Shown here in pieces: positions 59,199 to 64,000 of a stretch of 64,000 nucleotides of DNA. Each line of letters starts with the position of its first letter. Within the stretch, counting starts at the first letter, position 1. The stretch comes from the human T2T-CHM13v2.0 reference genome, Homo sapiens: assembly GCA_009914755.4 (NCBI GenBank), contig CP086569.2, positions 11,200,001 to 11,264,000 on the forward strand, given 5' to 3'. The notes beneath the pieces were generated by a model. That model ran no database searches. It was not told the DNA's origin and saw only the letters and a program-made list of their open reading frames with translations. Both the position numbers and the translations under genes were made by a program.

Positions 59199-59279
59199 TT
59201 CCTTTCTTTCCACAGGATCTCCCTCTGTCACAAAGTCTGGAGTGCAAAGGCACAATCTGAGATCACATTTCTTTTCACT
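59199..59279 (-). repeat. Alu-derived HOR module type D
   Basis: ttccacaggatctccctctgtcacaaagtctggagtgcaaaggcacaatctgagatcacatttcttttcac. Confidence 0.85.
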
Positions 59280-59464
59280 ATTCTATTGCTTTCCATTCCA
59301 TCCCATTCCATTCCAGTCTATTTCACTCCACTCCACTGCACTTCACTCCATTCCATTCCACTCCATCACATTCCATTCTACTCCATTCAACTCCACTCCA
59401 CTCCACTCCATTCCACAACACTCCACTCTACTCCATTGCATTCCATTTCACTCCATTGCATTCC

Positions 59465-59580
59465 ATTCCTTTCTTTCGACAGTATATCTCTGTGTCACCC
59501 AGGCTGCTGTGCAGTGGCACAATTCCAGCTCATATTACATGTCAACTTTCCATTACATTGCATTCTATTCCATTGCATTC
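59465..59580 (-). repeat. Alu-derived HOR module type E
   Basis: tttcgacagtatatctctgtgtcacccaggctgctgtgcagtggcacaattccagctcatattacatgtcaactttccattacattgcattctattccattgcattcgattgc. Confidence 0.85.
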
Positions 59581-59900
59581 GATTGCTTTCCTTTCCATTC
59601 CATTCCATTCCATTCCATTCCATTCCATTCCATTCCACTCCGTTCCACTGCACTCCACTCCACTAGATTTAATTACATCTGTCTCCATTCCACTGCATTC
59701 CACTCCTGTCTACTCCACCGCATTCCACTCCACTCCATTCCACTCCATCCCATTCCATTACGCTCCAATCCACTGCACTCCACCCTACCCCACTCCACTC
59801 CACTTCATTCCATTCCATTCCATCCCATTTCATTCCTCTCCATTCCAATCCACTCCACTCCACTCCACTCCTCTCGAGTCCATGCCATTCCATTCCATTC

Positions 59901-59940
59901 CACAGCATTCCCTTCCATTCCACAGCATTCCCTTCCATTC
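59901..59940. repeat. 20-bp tandem duplication
   Basis: cacagcattcccttccattc x2 immediately upstream of an A module. Confidence 0.85.
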
Positions 59941-60017
59941 CTTTTTTTAGAGTATCTCACTCTGTCACCCAGCCTGAAGCGCAGTGGCATAATCTCAGCT
60001 CACATTTCATTTCACCA
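59940..60017 (-). repeat. Alu-derived HOR module type A
   Basis: ttttagagtatctcactctgtcacccagcctgaagcgcagtggcataatctcagctcacatttcatttcacc. Confidence 0.9.
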
Positions 60018-60199
60018 TTCCATTCCATTCCATTCCTTTCTATTTCACTCCACTATACTCCACTCTTGTCCTCTCCAATTGATACCACTCCACTCCATTC
60101 CAGTCCACTCCACTCCTTTCCATTCCATCCCATTCCATTCCAATCCACTCCACTCAACTCCACTCCATTCCATTCCATTCCACTTCATTCCATTCCATT

Positions 60200-60277
60200 C
60201 CTTTCTTTTGACAGGATCTCACTCTTTTACCCAGAATGGTGTGCAGTGACTCAATCTCAGCTCACATTTCTTTTCAC
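60200..60277 (-). repeat. Alu-derived HOR module type B
   Basis: ttttgacaggatctcactcttttacccagaatggtgtgcagtgactcaatctcagctcacatttcttttcacc. Confidence 0.85.
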
Positions 60278-60406
60278 CATTCCATTCCACTCCATTGCAT
60301 TCCATTCCATTCCATTCCACTGCACTCCACTCCACACCACTCAATTCCACTCCACTCTACTCCAGTCCATTTCTTTCCATTACATTCCAATCCCTTCTAT
60401 TCCACT

Positions 60407-60486
60407 CATTTCTTTCGACAGGATCTCCCTCTGTCACACGGGCTGTAGCTTAGTGGTACAAACTCAGCACACATTCCTTTTCAACA
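60407..60486 (-). repeat. Alu-derived HOR module type C
   Basis: tttcgacaggatctccctctgtcacacgggctgtagcttagtggtacaaactcagcacacattccttttcaac. Confidence 0.9.
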
Positions 60487-60889
60487 TTCTATTTCATTCC
60501 TTTCCATTCCTTTCCATTCCATTCCATTCCATTCCACTCCACTACACTACACGCCATTCCATTCCACTCCATTCCACTGCACTCCACTCAAGTCCGCTCC
60601 ACTCCACTCCAATCCATTTCATTCCAATCTATTCCATTCTACTCCACTCCACTCCACACCAATCCACTCCTCTCCACTCCATTCCATTCCATTCCACACC
60701 ATTCCACTGCCCTCCACTTCACCCCACTCCAGTACATTCCACTGCCTTCCATTCCACTCCACTCCAGTTCACTCCACTCCACTCCACTCCACTGCATTCC
60801 ACTTCACTCCACTCCACTCCATTCCCCTCCACTCCATTCCACTCCACTCCACTGAACTCCATTTCATTCTATTCCAATCCCTTTCATTC

Positions 60890-60973
60890 CATTTCTTTCT
60901 TTCCACCGAATCTCTCTCTGTCACGAAGTCTGTAGTGCAGTAGCTCAATCTCAGCTCACATTTATTTACACCA
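60890..60973 (-). repeat. Alu-derived HOR module type D
   Basis: ttccaccgaatctctctctgtcacgaagtctgtagtgcagtagctcaatctcagctcacatttatttacacc. Confidence 0.85.
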
Positions 60974-61159
60974 TTCCATTGCATTCCATTCCATCCCATT
61001 CCATTCCACTCTTTTTCACTCCACTCCACTCCACTCTACTCAATCCCATTTCACTCAATCCCATTCCATTCGACTCCATTCCACTCCACTCAACTCCACT
61101 CCTATCCACTCCTTTCCATTCCATTCTATTCCATTACATTGCATTCCATTGCATTCCAT

Positions 61160-61284
61160 TCCTTTCTTTCAACAGGGTGTCACTGTGTCATCCAGGTTGG
61201 AGTGCAGTGGCACAATCTCAGCTCACATTACATGTCAACTTTCCATTTCATTACATTCTATTCAACTGCGTTCCTTTGCATTCC
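61160..61284 (-). repeat. Alu-derived HOR module type E
   Basis: caacagggtgtcactgtgtcatccaggttggagtgcagtggcacaatctcagctcacattacatgtcaactttccatttcattacattctattcaactgcgttcctttgcattcc. Confidence 0.85.
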
Positions 61285-61632
61285 ATTCCATTCCATTCTG
61301 TTCCATTCCGTTTCAGTCGATTCCATTCCATTCCACTCCGTTCCCCTCCACTCCACTAAGCTCAACTACATTCCATTACATCTGATTCCGTTACACTCCA
61401 TTCCACTCCTCTCCACTCCACTCCATTCCACTGCATCCCATTACATTCGGCTCCATTCCACTGCACTCTACTCCACCCCAATCCACTCCACTTAAATCCA
61501 TTCCATTCCATCCCATTCCATTCCTCTCCATTCCACTCCAATCCACTTCACTCCACTCCACTCCACTCCACTCCAGTCCAACTTCATTTCATTGTGTTCC
61601 ATTCCATTCCATTCCACTCCATTCCATTCCAT

Positions 61633-61710
61633 TCTTTCTTTCGAGAGTATCTCACTCTGTTACCAAGCCTAGAGCACAGTGGCACAATCTCAGCTCACAT
61701 TTCGTTTCAC
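61633..61710 (-). repeat. Alu-derived HOR module type A2 (last module before array end)
   Basis: tttcgagagtatctcactctgttaccaagcctagagcacagtggcacaatctcagctcacatttcgtttcacc. Confidence 0.9.
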
Positions 61711-61868
61711 CATTCCATTCCATTCCATTCCATTCCCCTCCATTCCACTCCACTCCACTCCACCACATTCAATTACATCCGATTCCATTCCACTCCATTC
61801 CACTGCTGTCCATTCCACTGCATTCCACTCCACTTTCTGTATAGCCTGCAGAACGGTGGGCCAATTAA

Positions 61869-62211
<343 letters not shown>

Positions 62212-63179
62212 AGATATTTCTTTATAGCAATGAAAGAACAGACTATTGTGAGGAATACGATGCAATTTAAAAATTTCTTCTTTGTGCCTGACTCCTGGCA
62301 GATTTCCTAAAACTCTTGGAATGTCCTCAGTGATAAGAGTATCTCTGGAACACTAATGAGATTACTCTCAACTCCCAGGTAGCTTCCAGGATGGGGGCTG
62401 GTGGCCAGAAGGATCAGACTATGGCTCGAGGGTCAGGACTCCCAGTCGCCCTGCTGACTGGCAGGATGGAGTCCATTCACCGTGGTCAGTGACTTCATCC
62501 TATGTAATGCCTATGTAATGAAACTTCCATAAAAATCCCTCAACAATGGGGCCTGGGGGCTTCTGAGCCAGCAAACACATCCACGTGCTGGGAGGGTGGT
62601 GCATCCCCAACTCCACAAGGTTGGAAGGTCCTGCACATTGGGCCCTCCTGATGTCGCCTAGTGCACCTCTTCATCAGCTGTGTGTTTGCACACTTTGTAA
62701 TAAGCCAGGGGTAGTAGTTAAAATGCCTTCTTAGGTTCTCTGAGCTGCTCCAGCAAGTGGCGGAACCCGAAAAGTGGGTGTTGGGAACCCCTAATTCACA
62801 GCCAAATTGGACACAAATGTGGGTGGCCTGGGTACTTGACGTTTATGGAGGGCAGTCTTGTGGGACTCAGCCCTTAAACTTGTAGTTAGTGTCAGAATTG
62901 AAATAATTCTTGACATCCAGCTGGTGTCTGAAGAGGTGGAGAAGGAAAATACACCACCCATTAGGCGCTGGGAGGGAAAAATTTAAAACCCCTCAGAGAA
63001 GCTTGGGGAGTCCCGTTCTCCATGCCCAGGGCCCACGGTCCTGGCTATGAAAGCCTGAATCAGACCCATGGTTTATTATTCACAGCAAGATTTCTCTCCA
63101 GGGATTCTTTAATCTGTAGTGAAAAAAATGTATAAATGTTGTAAAACAGTGAGATTCATGGCAAAATCAGAAGCAACAT
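62212..63179. other. Unclassified non-satellite flank (possibly old repeat-derived)
   Basis: No pentamer periodicity and no ORF support; I do not recognise a specific repeat family. Confidence 0.4.
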
Positions 63180-63565
63180 TTTATTAGTCTATTTTCACAC
63201 TGCTATAAAGAAATACCTGAGACTGGGTAATTTATAAAGGAAAGAGGTTTAATTGACTCACAGTTCCATATGGCTGCGGAGGCCTCAGGAACATTACAGT
63301 CATGGTGGAAGGCGAAGGGAAAGCAAGCACCTTCTTCATAAGGCAGCAGGAGAGAGAAGAGCAAAGAAGGAACTTCCAGACACTTATAATAAAACCATCG
63401 GATCTCGTTAGAACTCACTTACTATCATGAGAACAGCATGGGAAACCGCTATGGTCTAATCATCTCCCTCCCTCAATACATGGGGATTACAGGTCCCTCC
63501 TTCAACATATGGGGATTACAATTAGAGGTGAGATTTCAGTGGGGACACAGAGCCAAACCATATCA
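63180..63565 (-). mobile_element. MaLR LTR (THE1/MST family), apparently solo
   Basis: Reverse complement of the THE1-type LTR from TGATATGGTTTGGCTCTGTGTCCCCAC...GGGATTA through ...CCATATGGAACTGTGAGTCAATTAAACCTCTTTCCTTTATAAATTACCCAGTCTCAGGTATTTCTTTATAGCAGTGTGAAAATAGACTAATAAA; internal short duplication (catggggattacagg / catatggggattacaatt); possible degenerate TSD aacat/aacct. Confidence 0.8.
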
Positions 63566-63739
63566 AACCTTAAGACCCCAGATTGATTTTTAAATGTGGG
63601 GATAATTTCCCAATGCAAATGGAATTGTTCTCGCCCCACCACCATGTCTCCCCCACCCACCACGGCATCCAGGCTGTGACACAACTACAGTCCATGCACC
63701 GTGGGCAGAAATATACCTCCAGGGAATGAAGGCCCTCAC

Positions 63740-63920
63740 CCACAAGCTGCGTGTACTCATGCAGGAGCCGCTCCTCATCCAGGAACTTGCCATCGCGCCC
63801 GTTGCTGGCTGGCTGGAACAGGCCATAGATCAGGACATCTTTCAAACTCTGGGTTAACGTACACAGGATACGCTGCTTTGCAAGCCACACCATGGCGTCC
63901 AGGTTAAATCGAATGCATTT
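63740..63920 (-). CDS. Candidate internal coding exon (181 bp) of an unidentified gene or pseudogene
   Basis: On - strand: polypyrimidine tract plus CAG acceptor (ctgtctttgtccttcctggcag|AAATGC...) at 63920, open frame KCIRFNLDAMVWLAKQRILCTLTQSLKDVLIYGLFQPASNGRDGKFLDEERLLHEYTQLV (60 codons + 1 nt), then donor G|GTGAGG at 63739; overlaps track ORF 63570..63893 (-). Confidence 0.3.
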
Positions 63921-64000
63921 CTGCCAGGAAGGACAAAGACAGCTGACGAGTGAGAGAGGATGCTACCTGAGTCACCCACATGGGGCACGTGGCCAGAGAG

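Larger units (their letters stand above)
1..61836. repeat. Pentanucleotide satellite array (ATTCC)n/(GGAAT)n, HSat3 / (CATTC)n-class, with embedded Alu-derived higher-order-repeat modules
   Basis: Near-continuous ATTCC/ACTCC pentamer periodicity on + strand; G-poor + strand; periodic IPFHS (+) and MEWNG (-) pseudo-peptides in ORF track; ends abruptly at ...ccactccactttctg (~61836). Confidence 0.95.

Noticed and set aside
1-61710. Each Alu-like island being an independent Alu retrotransposition
   Set aside because: All share the identical truncation point, orientation and junction to atttcatttcacc, and lack individual target-site duplications. Amplification of one ancestral insertion is far more parsimonious.
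1-61836. All long ORFs in the six-frame track inside the array (e.g. 35502..38471 + 989 aa, 27831..30452 + 873 aa, 7308..9335 + 675 aa, and the - strand MEWNG... ORFs)
   Set aside because: They are translations of the pentamer: ATT CCA TTC CAT TCC gives IPFHS on + and GGAATGGAAT gives MEWNG on -. Their composition is periodic, stops are absent only because ATTCC variants rarely make stop codons, and Alu modules appear inside them as ...LSPRLECSGTISAH.... None is credible coding sequence.
1-61836. CRISPR array or other prokaryotic defence/novel system
   Set aside because: There is no repeat-spacer architecture and no cas-like ORFs. The sequence is eukaryotic (Alu, MaLR LTR, HSat3-type pentamers).
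1-61836. Alpha-satellite / CENP-B box or telomeric repeats
   Set aside because: No 171-bp periodicity, no TTCGTTGGAAACGGGA-like motif and no TTAGGG runs are seen.
1-61836. Assigning the array to a named locus (e.g. D15Z1 1.8-kb KpnI family, DYZ1, 9q12)
   Set aside because: The HOR length (~1.5-1.8 kb) is suggestive, but I could not find diagnostic restriction sites or recall a matching reference; it needs a database alignment.
1-61836. Specific HSF1 heat-shock elements
   Set aside because: GGAAT arrays contain many nGAAn units but not canonical inverted nTTCnnGAAnnTTCn triplets in a defined place; only the general family-level property is claimed.
63570-63893. Track ORF 63570..63893 (-) as a complete 107-aa gene
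   Set aside because: Only the upstream part is supported by splice signals. After ...YTQLV the ORF reads through a consensus donor (GTGAGG) into non-coding-looking sequence bordering the MaLR LTR.
63701-63907. Track ORF 63701..63907 (+) 68 aa (Pro/Gly/Ala-rich)
   Set aside because: Antisense overlap of the candidate exon, low-complexity composition, no start context; likely spurious.
63889-64000. Plus-strand caccATGG start at ~63892
   Set aside because: Good Kozak context, but only ~36 codons lie before the window end and they sit antisense to the better-supported exon; insufficient evidence.

Overview
No protein-coding or prokaryotic-type system is evident in this window; it is human-type pericentromeric pentamer satellite plus a short unique flank. 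Coordinates of repeat landmarks below are read by eye and accurate to about +/-5 bp. Positions 1-61836 are a continuous (ATTCC)n / (GGAAT)n array of the HSat3 / (CATTC)n class, with ACTCC, ACATT and CCATG micro-variants, oriented so the pyrimidine-rich ATTCC strand is the + strand. About 165 G-containing islands of ~75-125 bp are embedded in it. Each island is a T-rich tract followed by the CpG-decayed last ~60 bp of an Alu, always in the same (Alu-antisense) orientation. The islands fall into five recognisable types (A incl. A2, B, C, D, E) that recur in a conserved cyclic order A>B>C>D>E>A. Together they define an irregular higher-order repeat of roughly 1.1-1.8 kb, with frequent deletions, local sub-duplications (a run of four D modules; a D-E triplication) and module-free expansions of pure pentamers. 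The array ends at ~61836. It is followed by ~60 bp of unique sequence, a full-length diverged Alu on the - strand (61896-62211), ~1 kb of unclassified sequence, a THE1/MST-family MaLR solo LTR on the - strand (63180-63565), and unique DNA containing one exon-like segment on the - strand (63740-63920) with good splice signals. All ORFs in the supplied track inside the array are translation artefacts of the pentamer (IPFHS... on +, MEWNG... on -). I cannot assign a chromosome.
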